Assembly (NCBI GenBank): GCA_017444095.1
Contig: JAFSXM010000020.1
Span: 129,482 to 193,481, forward strand
Source of the DNA: Rickettsiales bacterium
Lineage (GTDB): Bacteria > Pseudomonadota > Alphaproteobacteria > Rickettsiales > Deianiraeaceae
Length of the DNA stretch: 64,000 bases
Reading direction: 5' to 3'
In this document: piece by piece, positions 22,927 through 33,253 of the stretch
How positions within the stretch are numbered: position 1 is the first letter of the stretch
Layout: the number at the start of each line of letters is the position of its first letter
Translations under genes and position numbers: made by a program
The notes under the pieces: model-generated
What the model was told of the DNA's origin: nothing
Database searches by the model: none
The model's input: the letters and a program-made list of their open reading frames with translations, nothing else

Positions 22927-24327
22927 ATGTTTGAGTATAATTGGAGATATGATTATGATGGTGTAGAAGATGCAAAATTATTAGTAGGTAAGTTTTTTGA
23001 TTTCCAAAATAAACAATGCAAAGTGGAAGAAGACAAAGATGGTAATGTCTTTATAGAAAGGGGTGATGTTAATAATGAACGCCGTGCGTTTTATGCTTGT
23101 TTAAAAAAGATTATTTTTAAGAAAGACGGAAAAATTGATGTGGAAATGTGTATTGTTGATGATAAAATAACTCACACTTTGAATATCACAGAATACAAAA
23201 CAATACCCCCACAAAGCCCTTTCCTTCAAGAGGAAAATATTGCGCAGCCATTCAATTGGAAAAACTTAAACCAAGGTGATCTAACCAAAGATAATGTTTT
23301 AAATTTTTTAAATAGTTCACCAAAATTGAATGAATTAAAGAACAAAATCATAAATCAGCTTGCAACGGTATTGTATACAGAATTAAATAAAAAAACATGT
23401 ATGTCATCCACGAATCAAAATTTCAATGAAAATGACAGTGTAAATAATGATGAAGGTAGCGATAACAACAATAACGAAAAAACAAATAATATTAACACTA
23501 TACCAAAATTTATCGTTAATAACAATAATTTAGATATAGCAACAAATGCCAATATATCGTCGCCTACAAACAAACAATCAATGGTTATTGACCCTTTGGA
23601 GGCAGAGATAAAACAAACATTGGAAGAGTTCATGAGTGATATTACAGTAGAACAACAAGAGCAATATAAACCAAACATTGTAATCAAAAACAAGAACTTT
23701 TTCGATGAAAAAAAAAACAAGATTACTGAAATAAATATTTCACCAAACAAGAATACACCGCATTCGTGTAATGATGTTAAACTTAATATATTGATAAACG
23801 GAAAAGAATATAGTATATTATATAATTCCACTATATTACCATTTGTTAAACAAGGACTTATGACTGGCAAAGTCTGTGAAGATTTCATAGAAGATGTTAA
23901 GAAATATCTTCAGGATGAAAATAATAAGAAGATATTTGTAGAACAAACTGCAGGATATGTAAAAAGACAAATTGAAAAAGGAAAACAGATAAACAAGAAT
24001 AATGAAGAGCGAAATGACAATATCATCAACCAAAAAGCATTAAGTATTATTGACGAGAATGAAGAATTAAGATACGAAAACAACAATGTTGTTACAGGTA
24101 AACAAAAAAATCCAAATGAGAACATTACTAATAATGCAGAAGATAAAAAACATACCGCAGTGAACACGAACAAAAACAATAAAAATGACACCTATCATAA
24201 CGAAGACAATTACATTGCACGAGGCATCAGAAACTGTTTAAAAACAATTGATTGTTGCGATTGTTTGTCGTTGGATAGCGGTGCCTCACTACATGGTTAT
24301 GACAACAGTCCTTATGTTTTTAAGTAG
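22927..24327 (+). CDS. hypothetical N/K-rich protein (466 aa) with a Cys-rich C-terminus
   Basis: Intact ORF. Low-complexity Asn-rich middle. C-terminus …CLKTIDCCDCLSLDSG…. Confidence 0.4.
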   Translation: MFEYNWRYDYDGVEDAKLLVGKFFDFQNKQCKVEEDKDGNVFIERGDVNNERRAFYACLKKIIFKKDGKIDVEMCIVDDKITHTLNITEYKTIPPQSPFLQEENIAQPFNWKNLNQGDLTKDNVLNFLNSSPKLNELKNKIINQLATVLYTELNKKTCMSSTNQNFNENDSVNNDEGSDNNNNEKTNNINTIPKFIVNNNNLDIATNANISSPTNKQSMVIDPLEAEIKQTLEEFMSDITVEQQEQYKPNIVIKNKNFFDEKKNKITEINISPNKNTPHSCNDVKLNILINGKEYSILYNSTILPFVKQGLMTGKVCEDFIEDVKKYLQDENNKKIFVEQTAGYVKRQIEKGKQINKNNEERNDNIINQKALSIIDENEELRYENNNVVTGKQKNPNENITNNAEDKKHTAVNTNKNNKNDTYHNEDNYIARGIRNCLKTIDCCDCLSLDSGASLHGYDNSPYVFK

Positions 24328-24346
24328 TATTATTAAAATGAAATAT

Positions 24347-25312
24347 CTAAATAATTCTATCTACAACTCTTAATTTTGCACTTCTTGCCCTTATGTTATT
24401 TGCGATTTCTGTATTACTTGGTATTATTGGTTTTTTTGTAATTACTTTTAAAGTAATACTTGATAAGTTATGTTGTGAATTAAGTATTTCAGGATTATTG
24501 CGATTAAAATGTTGTATTTCACCTTTTGAGTATTTTTGGAAAATATTTTTAACAATTTTATCTTCTAACGAGTGAAAAGTAATAACACATACCCTACACC
24601 CTATTGGTGTTAAAGTTGATGCCACTTCAAGACTGTGTTTTAATTCTTGCAATTCATCATTCACGGCAATTCGTAATGCTTGGAATGTTCGTGTTGCTGG
24701 GTGTATTTTATCGTGATAAAAAGGTAGACAGTGTGAAATTAGTTCCGCGAGCTGTATTGTTGTTGTGATTGGCTGTATTTTCCTGTCATTAACAATGGTC
24801 TTTGCAATTTTTCTGGCAAATCGTTCATCACCGTAATTAAAAATAATATCTGCTAGCTCACTCTCACTGGCTTTATTAACTATGTCCTCTGCTGATAGAT
24901 TATTACATCCCATCCGCATATCAAGTTTTCCATCTTTTTGAAAGGAAAAACCACGGTCGGCTTCGTCTATTTGCATAGAAGACACACCAATATCATATAA
25001 AATACCATCTAATTTTAGATGATTTGGGTTTTGTATATTAAAGTTATACTTATCAAGTATTTCTTTAAGTTGTGAGAATTTTGTATTTATAAATATGAGA
25101 TTATTTGGATATTTTTTTTGTAGCTCAATGGCAAATTTTTCATTATTGTCATCTCTATCAATGGCTATAACATTTGCTCCTCCATCCAACAAAGCTTTCG
25201 TATGTCCTCCTGCTCCAAAAGTGCAATCTATAAAGATTTTACCTTTTTCTGGCTGTAAAAAGTCTATAACTTCCTTTTTTAGAACAGAAATATGTTTTTC
25301 TTCATTACTCAT
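24347..25312 (-). CDS. rsmH: 16S rRNA m4C1402 methyltransferase RsmH (MraW)
   Basis: …HISVLKKEVIDFL…IDCTFGAGGHTKALL… SAM-binding motif. Length is 321 aa. It sits outside any dcw cluster context. Confidence 0.88.
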   Translation of the reverse strand: MSNEEKHISVLKKEVIDFLQPEKGKIFIDCTFGAGGHTKALLDGGANVIAIDRDDNNEKFAIELQKKYPNNLIFINTKFSQLKEILDKYNFNIQNPNHLKLDGILYDIGVSSMQIDEADRGFSFQKDGKLDMRMGCNNLSAEDIVNKASESELADIIFNYGDERFARKIAKTIVNDRKIQPITTTIQLAELISHCLPFYHDKIHPATRTFQALRIAVNDELQELKHSLEVASTLTPIGCRVCVITFHSLEDKIVKNIFQKYSKGEIQHFNRNNPEILNSQHNLSSITLKVITKKPIIPSNTEIANNIRARSAKLRVVDRII

Positions 25313-25502
25313 TTTGAGTTAATTTTTAAGAAAATTAACTTGTAGGTATAAACAATAATAACAAAACAGGTAAAAAGAAAAAATAACTTATTTTATAACT
25401 GCAAAATCAATCTTATTTTGTAATAATGTTGCATTTTTATAAAAAACAAGATTATATTTTGTTGCTTTTTACAAATTATTTATTGTCTTTTGTGCAAGCT
25501 TT

Positions 25503-26498
25503 ATGAAAAGTGATGATAGAGTTAATATTGTTGTATTATCAGCGGGTAAAGGGACACGGATGAAATCAGAATTGCCAAAGGTATTACATAAAATAGGTGG
25601 TTTAACATTATTACAACATATTGTTTTGTCAGTTGAAAATCTTAATTGTGATAAAAATATTATTATAACAACATCAAATGATGTTATTGATGAATTTGCT
25701 GATTTTTTAAATAAGGATAAAAAACTTCATTATGTCATACAAGAGAAACGATTAGGGACTGGTCATGCTGTTAATTGTGCTATGGAGAGTAAATTTTGGC
25801 ATAGTGATAGTATGTATACTGGTGTATTTTATGGTGATGTTCCGTTTATAAAACAGGAAACAATCAGTGATATGTTTGAAAGTTTAGGAAAATTTGACCT
25901 TATCATTCTTGGCTTTGATGCAAAAGACCAAAGTCAGGCATATGGAAGATTATTTACGGATAAGGAATTGATGGTTGGACAATGTGGTAAGCTATTTGCT
26001 ATAAAAGAGTTTAGAGAATTACCTCGTGAAAAACCACATCTTTGTAATTCTGGTATTATGGTTGGTAAGACGGAAATTTTTGAAAAACTTTTACCACAAA
26101 TTAAAAATAACAATAAAGCCAAGGAGTATTACCTTACAGATATTGTTGAATTAGCAAATCAATTTAAATATAAAGTTGGGACTTTGATATGCGATGAATA
26201 TGAAGTTATAGGGATAAATTCAAGAATCGAGCTTCATAATGCAGAACAAGGATATCAGCAAAAAAAACAAGAATATTTTATGTTAAATGGTGCAACATTA
26301 TTAAATGCTGAAAGTGTATATTTTTCATATGATACAAAAATTGGCACAGATGTTATTATTGAGCCAAATGTATTTTTTGGATTAGGGGTTGAAATTGGCA
26401 ATAATTGTAGAATAGGGGCTGGAAGTTATTTAGAAAATATCAAAATTGATAATAATACAAATATAGAACCAAATTCCGTCTTAAAAGGTTTAAAATAA
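25503..26498 (+). CDS. glmU: GlmU-like N-acetylglucosamine-1-phosphate uridyltransferase lacking most of the C-terminal acetyltransferase (LbH) domain
   Basis: VVLSAGKGTRMKSELPKVLHKIGG matches the GlmU nucleotidyltransferase signature. Only ~80 aa of hexapeptide repeats (…IGNNCRIGAGSYL…) follow before the stop. Total length is 331 aa versus ~450 aa for the full enzyme. Confidence 0.6.
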   Translation: MKSDDRVNIVVLSAGKGTRMKSELPKVLHKIGGLTLLQHIVLSVENLNCDKNIIITTSNDVIDEFADFLNKDKKLHYVIQEKRLGTGHAVNCAMESKFWHSDSMYTGVFYGDVPFIKQETISDMFESLGKFDLIILGFDAKDQSQAYGRLFTDKELMVGQCGKLFAIKEFRELPREKPHLCNSGIMVGKTEIFEKLLPQIKNNNKAKEYYLTDIVELANQFKYKVGTLICDEYEVIGINSRIELHNAEQGYQQKKQEYFMLNGATLLNAESVYFSYDTKIGTDVIIEPNVFFGLGVEIGNNCRIGAGSYLENIKIDNNTNIEPNSVLKGLK

Positions 26499-26507
26499 AT
26501 ATTAGTA

Positions 26508-27305
26508 ATGCTTTACGATACACATTGCCACTTGAATTATCATAGTAATGATGAATTAACTGGTATTGCGTTAAGAGCAAAAGAATTTGGATTAACAAGG
26601 ATAATGCAAGCAGGTGTAAGATTGCAAGAAGTAGAAAGAGATATTGAAATTTGTAATTTGTTCTCAAACGACGATATTAAAATACATTGCTCCGTCGCTG
26701 TGCATCCGGAAAATGTTAAACAAGAAGGTATAGTTTCTATTGACGAATTAAAAAAAAATGTAGTTAAGAGTCATCATATACTTGCTATTGGAGAAACTGG
26801 GCTTGACACACATATACCTGAAAATGAAGAGTTTTTTGACCATCAAATAAAAAGTTTTGAAAATCATATAGAATGTGCAGTTGAGATGAATTTGCCAATT
26901 ATAGTGCATTCTCGTGGCGAAAAGGCTGTAAAAAAAGCCGTTGATATGCTGTGTTATTATGCCAAACAAAACAGCATAAATGCTGTTTTACATAGTTATA
27001 CAGATAGTTATAATAATGCAAAAACAGCACTTGATTGTGGTTTATTTATTTCATTTTCCGGCATTATAACATTTAAAAGTGCAGATGAAGTAAGATATGT
27101 TGCAAAAAATGTGCCGTTATCTCAAATGTTGGTAGAGACAGATGCTCCATATCTTGCTCCTGTGCCAATGCGAGGCAAGCAAAATGAAACTGGTTTTGTT
27201 AATTATACCGCAAAGTATTTAAGTGATTTTTTAAATATTGATTATGATTTTTTTTGCACACAAACAACGAAAAATGGGTTAAAGCTGTTTAAAGAAAGAG
27301 TTTAG
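26508..27305 (+). CDS. tatD: TatD-family metal-dependent hydrolase/DNase
   Basis: MLYDTHCHLN… with …LAIGETGLD… and …VHSR… TatD motifs. The start is 10 bp after the glmU-like stop. Confidence 0.8.
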   Translation: MLYDTHCHLNYHSNDELTGIALRAKEFGLTRIMQAGVRLQEVERDIEICNLFSNDDIKIHCSVAVHPENVKQEGIVSIDELKKNVVKSHHILAIGETGLDTHIPENEEFFDHQIKSFENHIECAVEMNLPIIVHSRGEKAVKKAVDMLCYYAKQNSINAVLHSYTDSYNNAKTALDCGLFISFSGIITFKSADEVRYVAKNVPLSQMLVETDAPYLAPVPMRGKQNETGFVNYTAKYLSDFLNIDYDFFCTQTTKNGLKLFKERV

Positions 27306-27319
27306 TAATTGTTTAATAT

Positions 27320-27835
27320 ATGGATAAAAATAAAATATTTTCAATATACAAACAAGCATTTCACAATTTCATTGTTTCGCTATCTTCTATTGTATCAACT
27401 GGCTTTTTTGTTGGTAAGATAAAGTATGCATCAGGAACTTTTGGTAGTTTATTGGCTATAATTTTATGTGTTCCATTTTGTAAATTAAATATAGTATTCC
27501 AATTTTTGATTGTTTTGTTAATGGCGATATTTGGGACGATATCTACACATATTTATCTTAAAAACCTTGGTGATATGAATAAAGACCCAAAAGAAGTTGT
27601 AATTGACGAAATATTGGCAATTTTTATGATGGTGTTTCTTGCCAATTTGATTACAAAAAGTGTGGAATATAAACATCTTGCGGTGATTTTTATATTATTT
27701 CGTTTTTTTGATATTTTAAAACCATATCCAATTTGTTGGATTGATAAAAATATACACGGAGCAAAAGGTATAATGTTAGACGATATTTTTGCTGGTTTTG
27801 CAGGAATATTATTTTATGCTATAATCTTTTGTTAA
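27320..27835 (+). CDS. pgpA: phosphatidylglycerophosphatase A
   Basis: …ASGTFGSLLAI… and …IMLDDIFAGFAGILFY… PgpA signatures. Length is 171 aa, membrane-associated. Confidence 0.7.
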   Translation: MDKNKIFSIYKQAFHNFIVSLSSIVSTGFFVGKIKYASGTFGSLLAIILCVPFCKLNIVFQFLIVLLMAIFGTISTHIYLKNLGDMNKDPKEVVIDEILAIFMMVFLANLITKSVEYKHLAVIFILFRFFDILKPYPICWIDKNIHGAKGIMLDDIFAGFAGILFYAIIFC

Positions 27836-27848
27836 TTTGCTTGTTGGT

Positions 27849-29786
27849 TTATTCTCTTATAAGTTTAACTTTGTCCTTGGTTTTGTATTTTTTATAAATA
27901 TAGTATTTTTTACCATCATGATTGTAATTGCAATATTGTATTGATTTGATATTGTTATTTTCTTTGTTCTCGTTATCAAAACATTGTATTGAATTATTGT
28001 TTTTATCCATTAAATAAATATCTTTTACACCAAGATTTTGAGCCCAAACATTTTTAATATATTCGTTATTCATTGGAACAATGGAATAATATTTATCATT
28101 TTCAAGAAAGACAATATTTTTAAAGTTTTGATTGTATACAAGAATAACTTTCGATTGAAAAATATAAAACATTACTCCAATGAAAGCGACTATAATACCG
28201 ATAACTTTAAACAAATAAGACCTCATTAAAAACAACATTATTAACCCAAAAATAATTATTCCAAGTTGCCATAATTGCATTTGTTTTGTTATGAAAAAAG
28301 CATTTTCTGTATTCGCTGTATAATCTGTGATTTTACAAATATAATCTGCAAAAAAAGCAGATATTCTATACATTATATCACCAAAGGCTGTACCATTGAA
28401 TATCATACCAATAAATCCAATTGGCAGGACAATAAATTCTACCATAGGTATCACAGGTATATTTGATAATATACCTATCCATGCATATTGTTTAAAATGG
28501 TATATTTCAAAAAACATCGTTGAAATGGTTGCTATTACAGATGAAGACAGAATACCGATGACATATCGTAGATAACGATTTGATATAAAGTGTTTTGAAC
28601 TTTGATGTAGAAATTCGGCATTATAAACACTTACAAGCCCAAACACAGCCATAAACGACATTTGAAACGATGGAGCTAAAATTTCGTGTGGAGATAAAAG
28701 AAGTATCATAAAAAAAGCTAAAAATAGCAAATTTAAAGTTTTTTTTGGTCTATCAGACCACATAGCTATAAAACCAATAATTAACATTATAAAGCTTCTT
28801 AAAGCTGATATTGGTATATTCGCAATTTGAAGATATACAAAACAAACAATACCTGCCGGTATTGATGCTAACTTTCTTGTATTGTATTTTAATGCAATTA
28901 TTGGAAAGAGAGAAAAAAATCTCACAAATATTAAAAACACGAAAGACACAATAACCGACATATGCAGGCCTGATATAGCCAATATATGAGCACATCCAGA
29001 TTTACGAATATTATTTAATTTGTCTCTTGGGATAAAACTATTATTTCCTGTTAATACATCTATGACGATACCAGACCCAATAGAACCATTGTTTACACCA
29101 TAAATTCTTGATTGAATATTTCTCCTGATTCTATCCATATCAAAAAACTTGTTTGAATGACTAACGGGTTTTAAATCTTTAATTTTTCCTCTTGCGACAA
29201 TGCCAAAATATTTTGCATAATTTTCATAACTTTTATCATTTGGAAAAATGTTATATTTAATCGTGCCGATTGATGTTGTAATATTAACTATATCTCCAAC
29301 GGAAATCTGCATTGGATTATCATAATATTTTAATTTCATTTTTTTGCCACGAAGTATTGTATTTGGCGGATTTAATGCTGTTATCGTTAAATAAGAAACA
29401 TCATTTGCTAATCTAATGTTCTCAATTTTGGCATTAAAATTCGCCTTACCAGTACCAAAATCAGTTTTATCAATATCAGAGGTAGTAAGAATTTTAAAAA
29501 AAGAAACAGCTATACCAAGTAGGAAAAATAAAATTACATTTATGATGATTTTTTTTACATTATTTTTTTTCAAACATATTGATGACAATATGCCAAATAA
29601 TATAGCAAATAAAAGTAATATAATTTTTTCCAAATTTGCAGTTTGAAATCCTGTTAATATACCTATTGCGAAAATTAAAATGAACCAAAATCTAATATTT
29701 GGCATTTCAAGTGATAATTGAGACAATAATATTTTTCTTATCATTAAATGGTAAAAGTTAAAAAAAATAAAATCTATTTCAGCCAA
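27849..29786 (-). CDS. comEC: ComEC/Rec2-family DNA internalisation channel protein
   Basis: Polytopic membrane protein with the ComEC core (…SGCAHILAISGLHMSVI…). Length is 645 aa. Confidence 0.75.
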   Translation of the reverse strand: MAEIDFIFFNFYHLMIRKILLSQLSLEMPNIRFWFILIFAIGILTGFQTANLEKIILLLFAILFGILSSICLKKNNVKKIIINVILFFLLGIAVSFFKILTTSDIDKTDFGTGKANFNAKIENIRLANDVSYLTITALNPPNTILRGKKMKLKYYDNPMQISVGDIVNITTSIGTIKYNIFPNDKSYENYAKYFGIVARGKIKDLKPVSHSNKFFDMDRIRRNIQSRIYGVNNGSIGSGIVIDVLTGNNSFIPRDKLNNIRKSGCAHILAISGLHMSVIVSFVFLIFVRFFSLFPIIALKYNTRKLASIPAGIVCFVYLQIANIPISALRSFIMLIIGFIAMWSDRPKKTLNLLFLAFFMILLLSPHEILAPSFQMSFMAVFGLVSVYNAEFLHQSSKHFISNRYLRYVIGILSSSVIATISTMFFEIYHFKQYAWIGILSNIPVIPMVEFIVLPIGFIGMIFNGTAFGDIMYRISAFFADYICKITDYTANTENAFFITKQMQLWQLGIIIFGLIMLFLMRSYLFKVIGIIVAFIGVMFYIFQSKVILVYNQNFKNIVFLENDKYYSIVPMNNEYIKNVWAQNLGVKDIYLMDKNNNSIQCFDNENKENNNIKSIQYCNYNHDGKKYYIYKKYKTKDKVKLIRE

Positions 29787-29787
29787 A

Positions 29788-31620
29788 TTAAGCTTTATTG
29801 TTGGTATTTTCTATATTTTTTTCATCTACCTTTATACCTAAATCATCAAGTTGTTGCTTACTTACTTCGCTTGGGGCATTCATCAACAAATCTTGTGCCT
29901 TTCCATTTAATGGAAAAGCTATAACATCTCTAATATTGTCAGTTTTTAATAACAACATTATCAACCTCTCAATACCAATAGCCATTCCTCCGTGTGGTGG
30001 AGCTCCGTAATTAAATGCTTTCCTCATTCCACCAAATTTATTATCTACTACTTCCTTGGAATATCCAGCGATTTTAAATGCCTCATACATCATATCGATA
30101 CTGGAATTTCTAATTGCTCCACTTGCTAATTCATAGCCATTGCAAACTAAATCATATTGGTTTGCTTCAAGTTTTAGCAACTCATCTTTATCTGCCTTTT
30201 CCAATGTTGCAACATCACATTTTGGTTTTGAAAATGGGTTGTGTGAAAAATCAATTTTTTTCTCATCTTCATTCCATTCATAAAATGGAAAATCCACTAT
30301 CCAACATAACTCATATTTATTTGTATCAATTAAATTCAATCTTGTACCAAGTTCTTTTCTTGCTAAACCAGCAAACTTGTTTGCATTTCCTTCTTTATCA
30401 CAGGAAAAAAATATTGCATTGATTTCACCATTTTTACCTTCATTGTTAAAGAAAGTTTTGATTTTTTCCAATCTATCTGCTGTCAAAAATTTTGCAACAG
30501 GACCTTTTGCTTCACCATTTTCAAAAATGATATAGCCAAGTCCTTTCGCGCCTTGTTTTATTGCAAAATCAACCATTCCATCGTAAAAACTTCTTGATTG
30601 ATTGCCGATATTATCGACTGGTATTCCTCTTACAACACAACCTTTTTCAATAGCACCTGCAAATGCCTTAAAATCACTACCAACAAAGCATTCTGTCGCG
30701 TCAACATTTTCAATGGGTATTCTTAAATCCGGTTTATCACTTCCATATTTTAACATTGCATCTGCAAATTTTATTCTTCTTATTTCACTGCAAATTGTAT
30801 CATTTTCACCTTTAAATTTATTGAAAATATCTTTTACAACAGGCTCCATTGTTTGGAAAATATCCTCTTGCTCAACGAAAGACATCTCCATATCTAATTG
30901 GTAAAATTCACCCGGTGAGCGATCTGCTCTTGGGTCTTCATCTCTAAAACAAGGAGCAATTTGAAAATATTTATCAAAACCTGAAATCATTAAAAGCTGT
31001 TTAAATTGTTGTGGTGCTTGAGGTAGAGCATAGAATTGCCCTTTATGTAAACGGCTTGGAACTAAAAAATCTCTTGCACCTTCTGGTGATGATGCTGTTA
31101 AAATCGGTGTTTGATATTCATAAAATCCTGCTTCTGCCATTCTTTGACGGATGTATGCAAAAACTTTTGCCCTAAAAATAATAGTTTGATGTAATTTCTC
31201 TTTTCTTAAATCAAGAAAACGATATTTCAATCTAACTTCCTCATTGGTGCCATCTTCCTCATTAACCGAAAAAGGCAAAACATCTGCATTTGATAATACT
31301 TCAAAACTACTTATTAAAACCTCAATATCACCATTTTTTATTTTATTATTTTTCGTCGCATCACTTCTTTCAACAACTTTGCCTTCAAACCTAACAACAC
31401 TTTCGTTATGAACTTTTGATAAAATATCTAAATCATTAACCTTACATCTATCATTATCAGCAACCACTTGTATAATTCCATAATTATCTCTAATATCAAG
31501 AAATAGCACTCCGCCATGGTCTCTTTTTGTATCAACCCAGCCACTCAAAATAACACTTTCACCAATATTTTTATTTGATAAATCACCACATGTATGTGTT
31601 CTGTATTTATTTTTAATCAT
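29788..31620 (-). CDS. aspS: aspartate--tRNA ligase
   Basis: N-terminal OB fold …RTHTCGDLS…GWV…RDHGGVLFLDIRD… Class II motifs …FRDEDPRADR…, …GGMAIGIERL…. Confidence 0.92.
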   Translation of the reverse strand: MIKNKYRTHTCGDLSNKNIGESVILSGWVDTKRDHGGVLFLDIRDNYGIIQVVADNDRCKVNDLDILSKVHNESVVRFEGKVVERSDATKNNKIKNGDIEVLISSFEVLSNADVLPFSVNEEDGTNEEVRLKYRFLDLRKEKLHQTIIFRAKVFAYIRQRMAEAGFYEYQTPILTASSPEGARDFLVPSRLHKGQFYALPQAPQQFKQLLMISGFDKYFQIAPCFRDEDPRADRSPGEFYQLDMEMSFVEQEDIFQTMEPVVKDIFNKFKGENDTICSEIRRIKFADAMLKYGSDKPDLRIPIENVDATECFVGSDFKAFAGAIEKGCVVRGIPVDNIGNQSRSFYDGMVDFAIKQGAKGLGYIIFENGEAKGPVAKFLTADRLEKIKTFFNNEGKNGEINAIFFSCDKEGNANKFAGLARKELGTRLNLIDTNKYELCWIVDFPFYEWNEDEKKIDFSHNPFSKPKCDVATLEKADKDELLKLEANQYDLVCNGYELASGAIRNSSIDMMYEAFKIAGYSKEVVDNKFGGMRKAFNYGAPPHGGMAIGIERLIMLLLKTDNIRDVIAFPLNGKAQDLLMNAPSEVSKQQLDDLGIKVDEKNIENTNNKA

Positions 31621-31694
31621 ACGACAAGATTGATAAAATTGTGTTTATATTTTTCAAGTGAATATATTGTCTTTTTTTGTCATTATGCTTGCTG

Positions 31695-32522
31695 TTATTT
31701 TTTAATAAATTGTTTTATCTTTTCTGCTACTTCTTTTGGTTTCTCCATTAAAATAGTATGTGTTGTATTTGGAAAATCTTTTTCTAAAACAAATTCATTC
31801 TTAACATTATCTTTGTAAAAATTTACTGCAACCATTGAATATAGTGGAGTTTCTGGCATAATGTATAAAAATGGAACATTTATTTTACTTATTGCAGGTC
31901 TTTGGTCTGTTCTAAACAATGAATACCATAAACTCGCCATAGTATAAGCATCACAATCAACACCGCACAATCCTTTCATTACATCATCTGTTTCTTTTGG
32001 TGAATTTTTCAATTGCGGTTTCATTAGATGTTTTGTAATATACCAATTTGCATCACCTATATCATTAAATATTCTGTCTAAATCGCACAAAAAGTCTTCG
32101 TCAGTCCATTGACCTTGCCCTATACCGCCTTGCCAAACACTATTTCGCATATATGGTGACATATCTACTGCCACAATTTTTTTTAATTTATTACAGCCGT
32201 ATTGATTAACATAATTGAAAATGGTTGCAGCACCCATAGAATGTCCCACAACAACAACATCTTTCAGTTCTAAATACTCAATTATTTCGTGCATATCTTG
32301 TCCAAGTCTATCAATATTCATATGTTTTTGTGTTTTATCGGAAGCCCCGTGTCCTCTTTGGTCATAACAAACAATTTTATAGTCATCTTTGAACTCATCT
32401 ATAAACTCTTTTATTTTTAGATGCGATGACATTAACTCGTGAGCAAATAGTATTGTTTGTTTTCCAGTTCCTTTTACTTCATAATAAATTTTTACACCAT
32501 CAGACATTGTTAAGTAAGACAT
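31695..32522 (-). CDS. alpha/beta-hydrolase fold protein (esterase/lipase-type, GHSMG nucleophile elbow)
   Basis: …VVVGHSMGAATIF… nucleophile elbow. HG oxyanion hole (FAHELMSS). Length is 275 aa. Confidence 0.65.
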   Translation of the reverse strand: MSYLTMSDGVKIYYEVKGTGKQTILFAHELMSSHLKIKEFIDEFKDDYKIVCYDQRGHGASDKTQKHMNIDRLGQDMHEIIEYLELKDVVVVGHSMGAATIFNYVNQYGCNKLKKIVAVDMSPYMRNSVWQGGIGQGQWTDEDFLCDLDRIFNDIGDANWYITKHLMKPQLKNSPKETDDVMKGLCGVDCDAYTMASLWYSLFRTDQRPAISKINVPFLYIMPETPLYSMVAVNFYKDNVKNEFVLEKDFPNTTHTILMEKPKEVAEKIKQFIKK

Positions 32523-32608
32523 ATATGTAAACTACTTGTTTTTATTTTAACAAATTTAAAATCAACATTATTGACAATAATTTTAATTTATAAAACACAT
32601 ATACTGAT

Positions 32609-33064
32609 ATGACAAATAATAAAAATATTGATAATTTACAGATAATTGTTACAAATCTCGCCCAACAAGCAGAAGGACATTTTATTCAAGCAAAAATTTT
32701 TGAAGCCAAAGGTTTTTCAAAACTTGCAGAGAAATATAAGGAACACACAGAGGAGGAAAGGGAGTATGTTGAAAAATGTATAGATAGAATTATTGATTTG
32801 GGTGGTAAGGTAAAGTTGGAAAACAAAACTGGAACAGAGGTTTTTGAGAATCCAGTTGATTTCATTAAGTATGACTTACAAGTATCTATAAATGGGTTAA
32901 AGTTATTAAAAGATATGTTAAATGATGCAAAAGATGATTTAACTACATTTGATTTATTAAAAGATTACTACAAAGACGAAGAAGAAGATATGTATTGGGG
33001 AGAACAACAACTTGAAACTATAGAGATGATTGGAGAACAAAATTGGTTAATAAAACAGATGTAG
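32609..33064 (+). CDS. bacterioferritin-like / ferritin-like di-iron protein
   Basis: The C-terminal half (…IDRIIDLGG…DLQVSINGLKLLKDML…DEEEDMYWGEQQLETIEMIGEQNWL) parallels bacterioferritin helices C-D (ERILFLEG…[25 protein letters not shown]). Confidence 0.5.
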   Translation: MTNNKNIDNLQIIVTNLAQQAEGHFIQAKIFEAKGFSKLAEKYKEHTEEEREYVEKCIDRIIDLGGKVKLENKTGTEVFENPVDFIKYDLQVSINGLKLLKDMLNDAKDDLTTFDLLKDYYKDEEEDMYWGEQQLETIEMIGEQNWLIKQM

Positions 33065-33253
33065 TAAAATTTTATTATTTTTCTTATCTTAATTGTGTTA
33101 TCTTAATATAGATATAGTAATAGATTTTTCTGGACAATAAAATAACAGTCGAAAGTCGAAGTATTTCTTCTGTGTTGTTGAAATTCAACAATTTCCCATA
33201 ATATTTATTATTTGCAAATTATATCAGAAATATATTTTGAAAAAAATTGATAT

